Origin: Acidimicrobiia bacterium
Lineage (GTDB): Bacteria > Actinomycetota > Acidimicrobiia > Spongiisociales > ZC4RG35
Assembly: GCA_040902845.1 (NCBI GenBank)
Contig: JBBDWM010000034.1
Span: 213,642-277,641 of the forward strand
DNA length: 64,000 nt
Direction: 5' to 3'
The position numbers and the translations under genes are program-made. Below, one piece after another: positions 36,157 to 45,747 of this stretch (the stretch's first letter is position 1; each line of letters opens with the position of its first letter). A model generated the notes under the pieces. That model was not told the origin of the DNA, ran no database searches, and worked only from the letters and a program-made list of their open reading frames with translations.

Positions 36157-38436
36157 TCAGAGACCTGCTGCCGCCAGATCCCGGGCCTCTCTGATCTCTG
36201 CGGCGAATAGCCGCCTCCGGTGATCGATGTCCCCTGACCCGGTGAGCAGGTCTCGATTGTCGGCTAGCGACAGGGCCGACTTGAACATCACCAGACTGGC
36301 GCTCTCACCGGAGATGAGCCGGCCCTCGATCCGATACATGCGGGCCCGGTCGAGACATGCCTTGAGAAAGGCCTTCTCGTTGAAGGCCCCGCGGGACGCT
36401 TCCAGCTCATCGCCAACGATCTGGTAGGCGTCGAGGAAAGGCAACACCGCCCATTGGGCAACGGAAGGCCGCATCTTGGAGAGAAGCCCGGCTGCGCCGC
36501 TCGAAATGAGGCTCGTTCTCCAATCGGGAACATCCAGATCCATATCGGCCGAGATCGAATCCAGAAAGTCTTGCTTCTCTTGAAAGAAGAACTCGAACTT
36601 GAGGAGGTCGCGGAGTCTCAGGGCCGTGTCCCCGACGTCAGACTCGGTGAGGGCGTCGTTGCTGTCAATGAGCGCGGTCAAGGCCATCTCGGCCAATGCC
36701 CGTGGCAAGAAGAAATGGACGATCACGTTGCGGTAATAGGCGATCCGGACCATCTGCTCCTCATCGAGCCAGAAGACCCGACGGCCGACGGCGGCGTGGC
36801 TGGACACGTTTCGGTGCTCCCCGAGCAAGTCGAGAATCGCCGTGACACGAGAGGGATCCGCCAGGTCGAGGTCTTCGGTCGTGGGAAGGCTCCGGGCCGT
36901 CACGAACTCCGAGAGGCTGGTGCAGTCCGCTGCCAACTGCTCCGCATTGCGGGCGCTGCCTCGGGCTGCGAGGAGGGCCACGGTCACCAGAGCAGTGGGA
37001 GTGATCGGCGTCACTTGCCCGATTCGGTACATGACCTCGAAGGCGAGCTTTTGGAGGCCGATCGAAGCTTCCTCCTCGGGCTCGATCGTGGCCAGGCCGG
37101 CGGACACTGAGACCGCCTCGCCGAAGCGGATGTAGATGTCGCCGTAGCGCCGGCGCAACGACTTGACCGCCCTGAAGAGCCATCCCAGTGACTCCTTCTG
37201 CTTTCCCATGCCCTGGGCTTCCAGGGCGTAGTCCGGCACATCTTGGATCTGGTCGTAGGCGATCGACACCGGGATCAGCTTGATGTCGTCCGTCTTTCCC
37301 CGCCTCAACGAATCGACCACGTAGCTGAGGAGGCCGAAATGGGGCGCCCCAAGTCTCCCGGACCTCGAGCGACCCCCCTCCAGGTACCACTCGAGGGGGA
37401 ATCGCTTCTCGACCAGATAGTCCAGATACCCCTTGAGAACCGTCTTGTACAACCGGTTGTCCTTGAAGCTCCTCCGGATGAAGAAGACCCCGGTGCGCCG
37501 CATCAAGGGCCCGATCGGGAAGAAGTTCATGTTGATCCCCCCGGCCGTGTGGTTGGGAGGAAGGTCGTTTTCCCAGAGCATGAATTGGAGGCTCAGTCGA
37601 TCGAGGTTGGATCGATGGGAGGGGAGGAAGACGACGGGGTGCTCCTGGCCCAGCTCGGCCACCCGTCGCACCTGATCCTCATCGTATCGAATTCCGCCGT
37701 ATCCCTGGCTGTAGAGCTTGTGAATGCCGTTGGCGATCAAATCGATCACATAGGGCGAGTGGGTGGCCGCGATCTCTCTCAGGTATCGCTCTGCTTTGGC
37801 CCGCCCTGTCTCGATGTCGGTGTTGGTCTCCCGTGAGATCTGGTCGATCGAGTCCAGGAACTCCCTGCGCGAGAGGATCGCCTCGGGGACGAAACGCGGG
37901 ATCTTGTACCGGTTGCCCCGCAACTTGCGCTCTGCCCGGTCGAGGACGCTCCAAGCTCTTCTCGTCACATAGCTGGATAGGGGGTCGACCTGGCCTGATA
38001 CTTCGTAGTCCGCCGCGATCTCGGAGGAGAAGGCGCCGCGGGCGGCGATGAGTCGGACTCGGTCCCGGCGAAGGTTGCGGATCCATCGGGCACGGAGACC
38101 GCGAGGGTCCCTGGGGTCGCCCGGTTGGAAGATGTCGGCCCAACGCACGGACCGGCGTCCGTTCTTCTGTTTGGGCGCCATCCAGACGATCCGGACCGGG
38201 ATCAGGTACACGTCGTCCCCGGATTCCAAGCTTCGGGTCAGGGTCTCGTAGTCCCCTCCCCACCCTCTTCGGGACGAGGCGATTCTCACCGAATCGAGCT
38301 GACCGCCGACCTCACCGCGCAGCCATCGTTCGAGCATCGCAGCCTCGTAGTCCGACGCGGCGTCGATCAGGTACAGGGCACTCGATCCGGCAGGACCGGT
38401 GAGGAGCTCATCCGACTGGCTTCGCTTGGGGGGCAT
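36157..38436 (-). CDS. plsB: Glycerol-3-phosphate 1-O-acyltransferase, PlsB type
   Basis: 759 aa. HxxxxD acyltransferase motif PSHRSNLD, FFIRRSF, and YLEGGRSRSGR blocks. Confidence 0.9.
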   Translation of the reverse strand: MPPKRSQSDELLTGPAGSSALYLIDAASDYEAAMLERWLRGEVGGQLDSVRIASSRRGWGGDYETLTRSLESGDDVYLIPVRIVWMAPKQKNGRRSVRWADIFQPGDPRDPRGLRARWIRNLRRDRVRLIAARGAFSSEIAADYEVSGQVDPLSSYVTRRAWSVLDRAERKLRGNRYKIPRFVPEAILSRREFLDSIDQISRETNTDIETGRAKAERYLREIAATHSPYVIDLIANGIHKLYSQGYGGIRYDEDQVRRVAELGQEHPVVFLPSHRSNLDRLSLQFMLWENDLPPNHTAGGINMNFFPIGPLMRRTGVFFIRRSFKDNRLYKTVLKGYLDYLVEKRFPLEWYLEGGRSRSGRLGAPHFGLLSYVVDSLRRGKTDDIKLIPVSIAYDQIQDVPDYALEAQGMGKQKESLGWLFRAVKSLRRRYGDIYIRFGEAVSVSAGLATIEPEEEASIGLQKLAFEVMYRIGQVTPITPTALVTVALLAARGSARNAEQLAADCTSLSEFVTARSLPTTEDLDLADPSRVTAILDLLGEHRNVSSHAAVGRRVFWLDEEQMVRIAYYRNVIVHFFLPRALAEMALTALIDSNDALTESDVGDTALRLRDLLKFEFFFQEKQDFLDSISADMDLDVPDWRTSLISSGAAGLLSKMRPSVAQWAVLPFLDAYQIVGDELEASRGAFNEKAFLKACLDRARMYRIEGRLISGESASLVMFKSALSLADNRDLLTGSGDIDHRRRLFAAEIREARDLAAAGL

Positions 38437-38471
38437 GGGCCCACTCTATTTGGGTGCCACAATCCCGCTCC

Positions 38472-38927
38472 GTGAGGATTGTCCTGCAACGGGTTTCCGA
38501 AGCGGCCGTCACCGTCGATGGCGAGTTGGTCGCTGCCATCGGCCCCGGGCTGTTGGCCCTGGTCGGAATCGAGCCGACCGACGATGTAGGAGACCCAGGT
38601 GTCGCCGCGGCCAAGCTCGCCGGTCTCCGGCTGTTTGCAGATGACGCAGGTTTGATGAACCGCTCCATTCTCGAGACCGGCGGCGAAGCACTCGTCGTAA
38701 GCCAGTTCACTTTGCTGGCTGATGTCCGGCGCGGGCGGCGTCCGTCGTTCACCGGCGCCGCGGCCCCTGAGATGGCTTCAGCCCTTATAGAGGAACTTGC
38801 CCGGCGTCTGGTCGAAGCTGGGATCCCGACCCAAACCGGGAGGTTCGGGGCGAAGATGGCTGTGTCTTTGGTCAACGACGGGCCGGTGACTCTGGTGCTC
38901 GAGGTCAGAGGGGGGCGGGTGCTCTGA
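38472..38927 (+). CDS. dtd: D-aminoacyl-tRNA deacylase
   Basis: VRIVLQRV...V.G........GLL.L.G N-terminus, SQFTL, and NDGPVT motifs. GTG 38472 preferred. Confidence 0.9.
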   Translation: MRIVLQRVSEAAVTVDGELVAAIGPGLLALVGIEPTDDVGDPGVAAAKLAGLRLFADDAGLMNRSILETGGEALVVSQFTLLADVRRGRRPSFTGAAAPEMASALIEELARRLVEAGIPTQTGRFGAKMAVSLVNDGPVTLVLEVRGGRVL

Positions 38928-39507
38928 GACGGGCCATGGCGTCTGCCCAATGCCGACGCCAGAGGATCGACGGGATTCCCACGCCCAGAACCAACAGCGT
39001 CGTCACGTCCGCGACCCCCCAGGCGGGGCCGAGCCCGATCCAGCCCCACGTCAGCGCCGCCACGAAGAGGGAGACCAGCGTGACCAGGGCGCCGATCCCT
39101 GTTGATCGGGTGAAAGCTGCGGCGACACCGAGGATCACCAGCACCAAGGGGACGACAGTGGGCCATGCGGCCACGAGAACCCCGAGTGCGATGGCCAGCC
39201 CTTTGCCCCCCCGAAACGAATACCAGACGTTGTAGACATTGCCTGCCGCGGCTCCAACCCCGGCTGCCACCGCTCCCAAATCCCCGGCGAGCGACATCCC
39301 GATGACCACCGCCAGCATCCCCTTTCCCACCTCCACGATGAGGACCGAAAGAGAGAGGGCAAGCCCACCGACACGGCGGGCATTGTTCGCCCCCGGGTTG
39401 CCGGACCCGGAGGTGAGGAGGTTGACGCCCCAGAGCCGTGCGAGGGCGTTGGCGGTGGGCAACGATCCGATCAGATAGCCCAGTAGGGCGGCAGCCACCA
39501 CCATCAT
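38905..39507 (-). CDS. plsY: Acyl-phosphate:glycerol-3-phosphate acyltransferase PlsY
   Basis: MMVVAAALLGYLIGSLPTA...SGNPGANN...GKG..V. ATG 39507 overlaps the adnB-like stop (ATGA). The track ORF carries a 109-codon artefactual extension. Confidence 0.88.
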   Translation of the reverse strand: MMVVAAALLGYLIGSLPTANALARLWGVNLLTSGSGNPGANNARRVGGLALSLSVLIVEVGKGMLAVVIGMSLAGDLGAVAAGVGAAAGNVYNVWYSFRGGKGLAIALGVLVAAWPTVVPLVLVILGVAAAFTRSTGIGALVTLVSLFVAALTWGWIGLGPAWGVADVTTLLVLGVGIPSILWRRHWADAMARLRAPAPL

Positions 39508-42500
39508 TCGCCGACCCAGGCCTTTCCCGGCTCGCAAAAGCGGAGGAAGTCGCAGGAGTGACACCATTGGCCGGGTATCTCGGTGAAGATCTTCTCGTCG
39601 ATCGACCGCGTGAGCGAGGTGATGTCCGACCTCGCCCGTTCGACCCATTCGGCGTCGGCCTTGTAAGTGCTCTCGACGAGCTCGCCACCCAGATAGGCAA
39701 AAGTGACATCGAGATTCTCGGGGGCGGGATGCCCGAAGTCGACGTCGGTCGCTGCCAATGCGTAGGACTGAAGCTGCACAATCCGTGACGGGTCTGAGCT
39801 CGGCCGCCCGCTCTTGAAGTCGACGATTTCCCAATGACCACCGTCGATGTAGATGGCATCGATTCGCCCTCGGACCCGGTAGCCGTCACCAGCCAGGATC
39901 TCGAATGGTGCTTCGACCATGGCAGCGGGCCGCTTCGAGAACCTGGAGTTACGGAAGGCCTTGAATCCACCATCACCCGCCAACTCGTCGGGCACGTCGT
40001 AGAGGTCTTCGGAAAGCTGCTCGAAGGGCACCTGTCCCCGCTGATGGAGCTCGATCCGTCGGTGCAACTCCGTCCCCGCCACGGCGGAGGGGCTTCGCCT
40101 TCGGGGCAGGAGGTCGATTGCCGACCAATAGAAGCGTTTCGGACATTGGGCATAGGTGACCAGGCCTGTCACCGAGACCGCTCCCTGATCCGGGGCGGAT
40201 TGGGGGATCTTCTCGGTTGCCGCCAGGTCGAACAGGGTTTCGACCAGCTCGGTGACCCGCTGGTCATATTCGGGGCCCACTCCGAGCTCGGTGGCGCGCC
40301 TGCTCATCGCCTCGTGGTCGGAGATCGCGGATCGCAGCCCTCCGTCCCATCCTCCTTCGAACACAGGGTCTGGTGTCGCCCCGTCCGGTGCCCGGCGTAG
40401 GAGCGCCGGTCGTTCCGGCTCAACCTCATGCCCGGCGATTTGGGTTGCGGGGTTTGACTCGACGAGCTCGAAGAGGGGCGACGGCTTCTTCGGTCTCACC
40501 GTTGGCTCGGGAAGACCGTACCAATAGGCCCCGGTGAACATCAGCAGCGACCGGGCGCGGGTGGCGGCCACATATGCGGTTCGCCACTCCTGTGTGTCGT
40601 TTCTCGCTTTCAGGTACTCACCGCGCGCCGCTTCGTCATCGGGCATGTCGGCGAGGGCGGTATCGATTCGGTATTGGATGGGGAGATGCTCGGCGAATCG
40701 ACCTGGGTCGGGGTGCTGTCGGGCTTTGCTCGGGAAGTTCAGGTCGGTCACCGCCGGGATGGCGACCACGTCCCATTCCAGTCCCTTGGCCCGGTGGACA
40801 GTGACCAGTGTCACCGCTTCCTCGCCCGAGAGATGAGCGGAATCGAGCTCCTCGGCCGGCTCGTCCTCCATGGCGTCGAGATACTCGAGAAACGCCTCCA
40901 ACGAGGGACGACCGGTCAGGGGGCTCCAATCCTCGGCGAGGTCGAGGAGGCGATGGAGGTTCAACCGGGCGGTCAGTCTGGTGGTGGCGGGGAGAGCCTC
41001 GATGTCCTGCCATGCCCGCGTCCGGTCGAGGACAAGACGGCAAGTCTCGACCAGGCTCATGCCCTGGCTCTCGGTCAGGAGTGTTCTGTAAACCTCGAGG
41101 AAGTGCCTGAGAGCGGACCGGGCGTCGTCACGAATCCCGGTGATCCGGTCGATCTCCTCGATCGCTTCGAGAAGGGTGACCGGATCTTCTTCCTCCCGAT
41201 CCCGGACCGGCTCGGCGCCAGCCACCCAACGGCTCAATGGTGCTATGTCGGCCAGCCCGAGCCGAAAGCGGGAACCGAACAGGATCTCCACCAGGGCTGC
41301 GGAGTCCTCGGGTCGCTCGATGACAGTCAGCCAGGATCGGAGCTCGGCCACCTCGGGCACCGACAGCAGGCCACCCAAGTTGGCCACTTCCACCGGGATG
41401 CCATTCCTTGCCATGGCGTCGACGACGACCGCAAAGTCCTTGTTCTTGCGGAAGAGGACCGCCATTTCGGAGAACGGGACACCGTCATCATGGATCTCCT
41501 CGAAGCGCCGTGCGATCCAATCGGCCTCCCCGAGGGCGTCTCCCGCCCAGTAGGTGATCACCTGGCCCTTCTTGTGGGGATCGTCAGACTCGAGCAGCTC
41601 GGCCTCCGGGTTGGCCATGCGCCGGATGTCGTTGGCCACATCGAGGATTGTCTGTGCCGATCTTCGGTTGAGGGTGAGGCTGCGATCCTGGGCCGGGGCG
41701 GCCTCGGCGCCACCGAAGTGCGATGAGAACAGCTCGAAGTTCTCCGACGATGCCCCACGCCATTCATAGATGGTCTGGTCCTCGTCACCGACCGCGATCA
41801 CGGGAAAGCCATCACCGAAGATGGTGGTGAGCAGCACCCGCTGTCCGGGGTTGGTGTCCTGGTACTCGTCGAGCACCACCACCTGATAGCGGTCACGGAT
41901 CTCGGTAGCCAGACCGGGGTGGGCGCGAAGGATCCTCGTCGACAGCGTCACCAGGTCGCCGTAGTCGACTACGCCAAGACGTCGTTTGTCCTCGCTGTAT
42001 CTCTGCAGAGTTTGCAACATCTCGATCCGGCTGTCCCATATCTCATCATCGGGGTACCCCTGGTCGAGGAGGTCCCCTGGCTCGAGGAGATGGTCCCCGA
42101 GCCGATCACCGAGGCCCCGGATCTTGTCGAGGGTTGTCCGATTGGTGATATCCAGGTGCTGGTAGGTGGTGTGATGAAAGGTCTCGGACAGGATCTGTCT
42201 CGAGAAGGTGGGGGTGATCACTTTGACCCGATTGTCGACGCCGGCCAGGGCCCCGAACTCGGAGAGGACCTGAGCCGCAAACCCGTGATAGGTGTGGATC
42301 TCGACCTGACGCCCTTCGTCCACTTTCCCTGCGATGGTCGAGCGGACTCGATCAGCCAACTCGGACGCCGCCTTGTTGGTGAACGTGATGCCGAGAATGC
42401 GCTCGGGGTCGAGGGAGTGTTTGGCGATGAGGTTGGAGATCACCATTGCCACCGTGGTCGTCTTGCCGGTCCCGGCCCCGGCCCGGATCCTGATCGTGTC

Positions 42501-42554
42501 GAGACCGAGCGCCAGGATCTCGGCCTGTTCGTTGCTCGGGGTGAGTGGGCTCAT
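39504..42554 (-). CDS. adnB: UvrD-like helicase fused to RecB-type PD-(D/E)XK nuclease with Fe-S cysteines (AdnB-like)
   Basis: Walker A AGAGTGKTT, DEYQDT, and a C-terminal nuclease with CPKRFYW...D...C.SCDFLRFC. ATG 42554 overlaps the upstream stop. Gene symbol assigned by analogy to mycobacterial AdnAB gene order. Confidence 0.8.
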   Translation of the reverse strand: MSPLTPSNEQAEILALGLDTIRIRAGAGTGKTTTVAMVISNLIAKHSLDPERILGITFTNKAASELADRVRSTIAGKVDEGRQVEIHTYHGFAAQVLSEFGALAGVDNRVKVITPTFSRQILSETFHHTTYQHLDITNRTTLDKIRGLGDRLGDHLLEPGDLLDQGYPDDEIWDSRIEMLQTLQRYSEDKRRLGVVDYGDLVTLSTRILRAHPGLATEIRDRYQVVVLDEYQDTNPGQRVLLTTIFGDGFPVIAVGDEDQTIYEWRGASSENFELFSSHFGGAEAAPAQDRSLTLNRRSAQTILDVANDIRRMANPEAELLESDDPHKKGQVITYWAGDALGEADWIARRFEEIHDDGVPFSEMAVLFRKNKDFAVVVDAMARNGIPVEVANLGGLLSVPEVAELRSWLTVIERPEDSAALVEILFGSRFRLGLADIAPLSRWVAGAEPVRDREEEDPVTLLEAIEEIDRITGIRDDARSALRHFLEVYRTLLTESQGMSLVETCRLVLDRTRAWQDIEALPATTRLTARLNLHRLLDLAEDWSPLTGRPSLEAFLEYLDAMEDEPAEELDSAHLSGEEAVTLVTVHRAKGLEWDVVAIPAVTDLNFPSKARQHPDPGRFAEHLPIQYRIDTALADMPDDEAARGEYLKARNDTQEWRTAYVAATRARSLLMFTGAYWYGLPEPTVRPKKPSPLFELVESNPATQIAGHEVEPERPALLRRAPDGATPDPVFEGGWDGGLRSAISDHEAMSRRATELGVGPEYDQRVTELVETLFDLAATEKIPQSAPDQGAVSVTGLVTYAQCPKRFYWSAIDLLPRRRSPSAVAGTELHRRIELHQRGQVPFEQLSEDLYDVPDELAGDGGFKAFRNSRFSKRPAAMVEAPFEILAGDGYRVRGRIDAIYIDGGHWEIVDFKSGRPSSDPSRIVQLQSYALAATDVDFGHPAPENLDVTFAYLGGELVESTYKADAEWVERARSDITSLTRSIDEKIFTEIPGQWCHSCDFLRFCEPGKAWVGE

Positions 42555-45500
42555 GGCAAGAAGGCTCCCTGACCTTCGGGCCAAGCGGGGCACGACTTCT
42601 TGAACCCGCAGTTCTTGCAGCCGTCACCGACCCGGGGCTCCCAGTTCTCGGAGCGAATGGACTTGGTGACTTGGGCCATCGTGGCTTCGATGTCCGGCAA
42701 ACGATCGAGATCGATAGCGCGGGTGGTGACCCTTTTGGTGTCCACCCTCGGGTACCACATCTCGGCGCCGATCACCTGCTCTCCCGATGATCGAGCGATG
42801 GCCGAGGCATAGAAGGCGAGTTGGATCGAGCTCTTGCCCTCCTCCAGGGAAACGGGGTTCTTGGATGTCTTGTAGTCGACGACCTTGAGTCCGCCGGGTG
42901 TTCGCTCGAGACGATCGACCAGGCCCATCCAGGGGGTGCCGTCGATCACGGATTCCACTTTCATCTCCAGTCCGACCGGCTGGCCTTCGGGGCTGGGCCA
43001 CAACGTGTAGAGCTTGGTGAGCGCCGCCTCGGCCTGTCTCAACCATGCCGCGTTCAACTCAGGAGTGCCGAAATCGGCCTTCTCCTGCCACACCCGGCGT
43101 AGATGATCCAATGCGTCCTCGAGATCGGCATGTGATTTCCCGGCCATGCCGACAACCTGGGCTTCGGCGCCTTCCAGGGCAGAATGAACCAGGGTGCCGA
43201 ACTGGGCATAGGGCGACCCGGCGTCACCCAGTCGAAGCCTCCGTTCCAGGGCGTAACGGCGGGGACAGGTGAGGTAGGAGTCGGCCTGGCTGGGGGAGAG
43301 CCGAAGAGATTCTCCGATAATCGGCTGATCTGGGCCGGGCTCTCTGACTCCGGCGAACGCCGAAGCCTGCCACCAGGTCTCAGGGGGTGAGCCGAGTACC
43401 CGGGCCGCCGCCAGGCGATGAGCCGGGTTCTCTAGAGGGTCGAGCAAGGTTCGACGCATGCTCACCTCCGCCTCGATCACAGTCACTGGCTTCCGCTCGT
43501 CGTCGATAGGACGCCCGAGATCGGAGAGGGAGTCGACACCAGAAGCCGCGACCAGGAAACGTGAAGGGCGGTGCTCACCCTGGTCGACTCCGGCCCCGGT
43601 GGCAGTCCACACCACCCGCAAACGGGCGCGGGTCATGGCGGTGTAAGCCAGTCGCATCTCCTCCTGCACCTGGAACAGATGCTGGGCAGAGGCATCCGTG
43701 GTGCGCTCCGGTGACAACAACTCGGGTCGGAGCATGCGACGACTTCGTCGCATGTCGGGGAACACACCTTCGACTGCATTGGCAATGAACACCACGTCGA
43801 ACTCGAGCCCTTTTGATTGATGAAGGGTTGTCAGCGTGACCCGGTCCACCTGAGGCCGGAAGGCGAGGAGAGGCTCGGATTCAAACCCCTCGTCCTGGGT
43901 CATCTCGAAGAAACGGGCCAGAGTGACCTTCTCGTCACGTTCCGCCTGGCGGGTGAGGACCTGGGCGAAAGCGCTGATGGCGAGACGCCACAACCGCCGC
44001 TCCGGATCGGCAACCATGCGCTCCACGCCCTGCAAGCGGTTCCATGCCTCCCAGAAGCCATCGGTCGCGGGTTTGGCCGCGGCCCACGTCGGGTCGGCGA
44101 TCAACTCGGCGAGGTCGGGTCGATCGGGCAATTCGGTGGCAACGACTTCGGCCCAGGAAGCCCCTGTCCTTCGTCGCTCCCTCAGCATCGCTCGTTCCTG
44201 ACCCAACCCCAACGACACCAGCGGCCCCAGCAGGATGCGGCGCATCGCCCGGTCGGCATCGGCTTTCTCGCCAGGTGTGGGCACCCGGTGATCGCCTTCA
44301 AGCACCGAGACCCGGGCGAGGTCGTCGAAGATCCGAACCGCGGCATGATCTACCAGCCGGGCGTCCGGGGAGTCGTGGGGTATCGAGCGCCGGTCAAGGG
44401 CTCGGCTCAACTCGTTGATCAGCTCGCGTTTGGAGCGGACCAATACCGCCACCGCCGAGGGCCTCACTCCCTCGACCCGGATCACGTGCTCCACTTCCCG
44501 GGCGATCCAATCGGCCTCGGATGTCTCCTGGTCGAACACGTGAGCCTCGACCCGGCCTCGGTGCTCCGCGGGACGTACCGGCCCCGCCGATCCCGGTAGT
44601 TCGCCTGATGAGACCACCCGCAAGGCAGCTTCGAGAATCTCGGGCGGTACCCGCAGGCTCTGATCGAGGACGATGCGGGTTGTGGCCGGATGTCGGTCCG
44701 CAAACTGGGCGATGTTCCTCAATTCGGCACCGCGAAATGAGTAGATCGACTGGTAGGGGTCGCCGGCAACGGTGAGATTGCCGTGACTCTTGGCGAGCAA
44801 TCCTGCCAGCTCGGCCTGGGCGGGTGAAGTGTCCTGATACTCGTCCACGATCACATAGTGAAAGCCGGCAGCCAGCTCCTGGCCCCCGGCGGTGTCGAGC
44901 ATCTCAACTGCCGAGACCAACAGGGTGCCGTAGTCGGTTCTTTCCAGCTTTTCGAGAGTCTCTCGATATCTGCGGAACAAACCTGGGATCCCCCGCCAGT
45001 CGGCGCGCTCCTCGGCGCGTTGCTCGAGATCGACGGGGGAGAGGAGCCGTTCCGAGCACCGGGTCAGGAAGTCGGCGATCTCCGATGCGAAAACTCGGGT
45101 GTCCAGGATCCCCCGATAGGTCACGGGCCAGTGATTCGGGTCCTCTTTCGACAGGAGGTCAGCAACGAGCGTCACTTGTTCGGGTGGGGTCAGGGGGATA
45201 GGGCGATCGCCCCCGTTGCCTACCTCCAACAGCCTGAGCGCCAGGGAATGAAAGGTGGAGGCGTCGACGGGCACCCCCGACCCACCGAGGGCACTCCCCA
45301 CCCGTCGTCTCATGTCGCCCGCGGCGCGACGCGAGAACGTCAAGAGGGAGATCTGATCGCGGCGGGCGCGGCCGGTATTGACGATATGCGCCACACGCTG
45401 GACCAGGAAATCGGTTTTGCCGGTCCCGGGTCCGGCCACGATCAGCTGGGCGCCATCGGGGTCCGCCACCACCGGATCCCAGGCTCCGGGATCGACCCGG

Positions 45501-45574
45501 ATCTCCCTGACTGTCACCTCGCGATGGTAGAGATCAGGCAGCAGAGGGGAGATCGGCTTCCCGGATTTCCACAA
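42551..45574 (-). CDS. adnA: UvrD-like helicase-nuclease subunit (AdnA-like)
   Basis: AGPGTGKT, DEYQDTSPAQ, and a C-terminal nuclease with CPRRYALE ... CKNCGFKKSC. TTG start is preceded by GAGG 6 nt upstream. Confidence 0.8.
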   Translation of the reverse strand: MWKSGKPISPLLPDLYHREVTVREIRVDPGAWDPVVADPDGAQLIVAGPGTGKTDFLVQRVAHIVNTGRARRDQISLLTFSRRAAGDMRRRVGSALGGSGVPVDASTFHSLALRLLEVGNGGDRPIPLTPPEQVTLVADLLSKEDPNHWPVTYRGILDTRVFASEIADFLTRCSERLLSPVDLEQRAEERADWRGIPGLFRRYRETLEKLERTDYGTLLVSAVEMLDTAGGQELAAGFHYVIVDEYQDTSPAQAELAGLLAKSHGNLTVAGDPYQSIYSFRGAELRNIAQFADRHPATTRIVLDQSLRVPPEILEAALRVVSSGELPGSAGPVRPAEHRGRVEAHVFDQETSEADWIAREVEHVIRVEGVRPSAVAVLVRSKRELINELSRALDRRSIPHDSPDARLVDHAAVRIFDDLARVSVLEGDHRVPTPGEKADADRAMRRILLGPLVSLGLGQERAMLRERRRTGASWAEVVATELPDRPDLAELIADPTWAAAKPATDGFWEAWNRLQGVERMVADPERRLWRLAISAFAQVLTRQAERDEKVTLARFFEMTQDEGFESEPLLAFRPQVDRVTLTTLHQSKGLEFDVVFIANAVEGVFPDMRRSRRMLRPELLSPERTTDASAQHLFQVQEEMRLAYTAMTRARLRVVWTATGAGVDQGEHRPSRFLVAASGVDSLSDLGRPIDDERKPVTVIEAEVSMRRTLLDPLENPAHRLAAARVLGSPPETWWQASAFAGVREPGPDQPIIGESLRLSPSQADSYLTCPRRYALERRLRLGDAGSPYAQFGTLVHSALEGAEAQVVGMAGKSHADLEDALDHLRRVWQEKADFGTPELNAAWLRQAEAALTKLYTLWPSPEGQPVGLEMKVESVIDGTPWMGLVDRLERTPGGLKVVDYKTSKNPVSLEEGKSSIQLAFYASAIARSSGEQVIGAEMWYPRVDTKRVTTRAIDLDRLPDIEATMAQVTKSIRSENWEPRVGDGCKNCGFKKSCPAWPEGQGAFLP

Positions 45575-45747
45575 GCTCGGCCTCGATGCCGAGACCCCTC
45601 AGGTAGAGGACCGGGTCGGAGTAGGGGTCGATTTCCTGGTTCAGCCCGTTTGCCTCTTGCTTCGTCGTCTTTCTCATGGGCACAACGCTACGGCCGGCCT
45701 GTGACAGAAACTCGATCGGGTCTGTTCCGGCATAGGATGACCGTCCT

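Noticed and set aside
45534-45677. 47-aa ORF (MRKTTKQEANGLNQEIDPYSDPVLYLRGLGIEAELVEIREADLPSAA) upstream of, and overlapping, the adnA-like start
   Set aside because: It overlaps the preferred TTG start of the helicase, which has a GAGG RBS, by 41 nt in another frame. It has no recognisable family or clear RBS. It is possibly real if the helicase starts at the downstream GTG (45517), but that codon has no properly spaced RBS.
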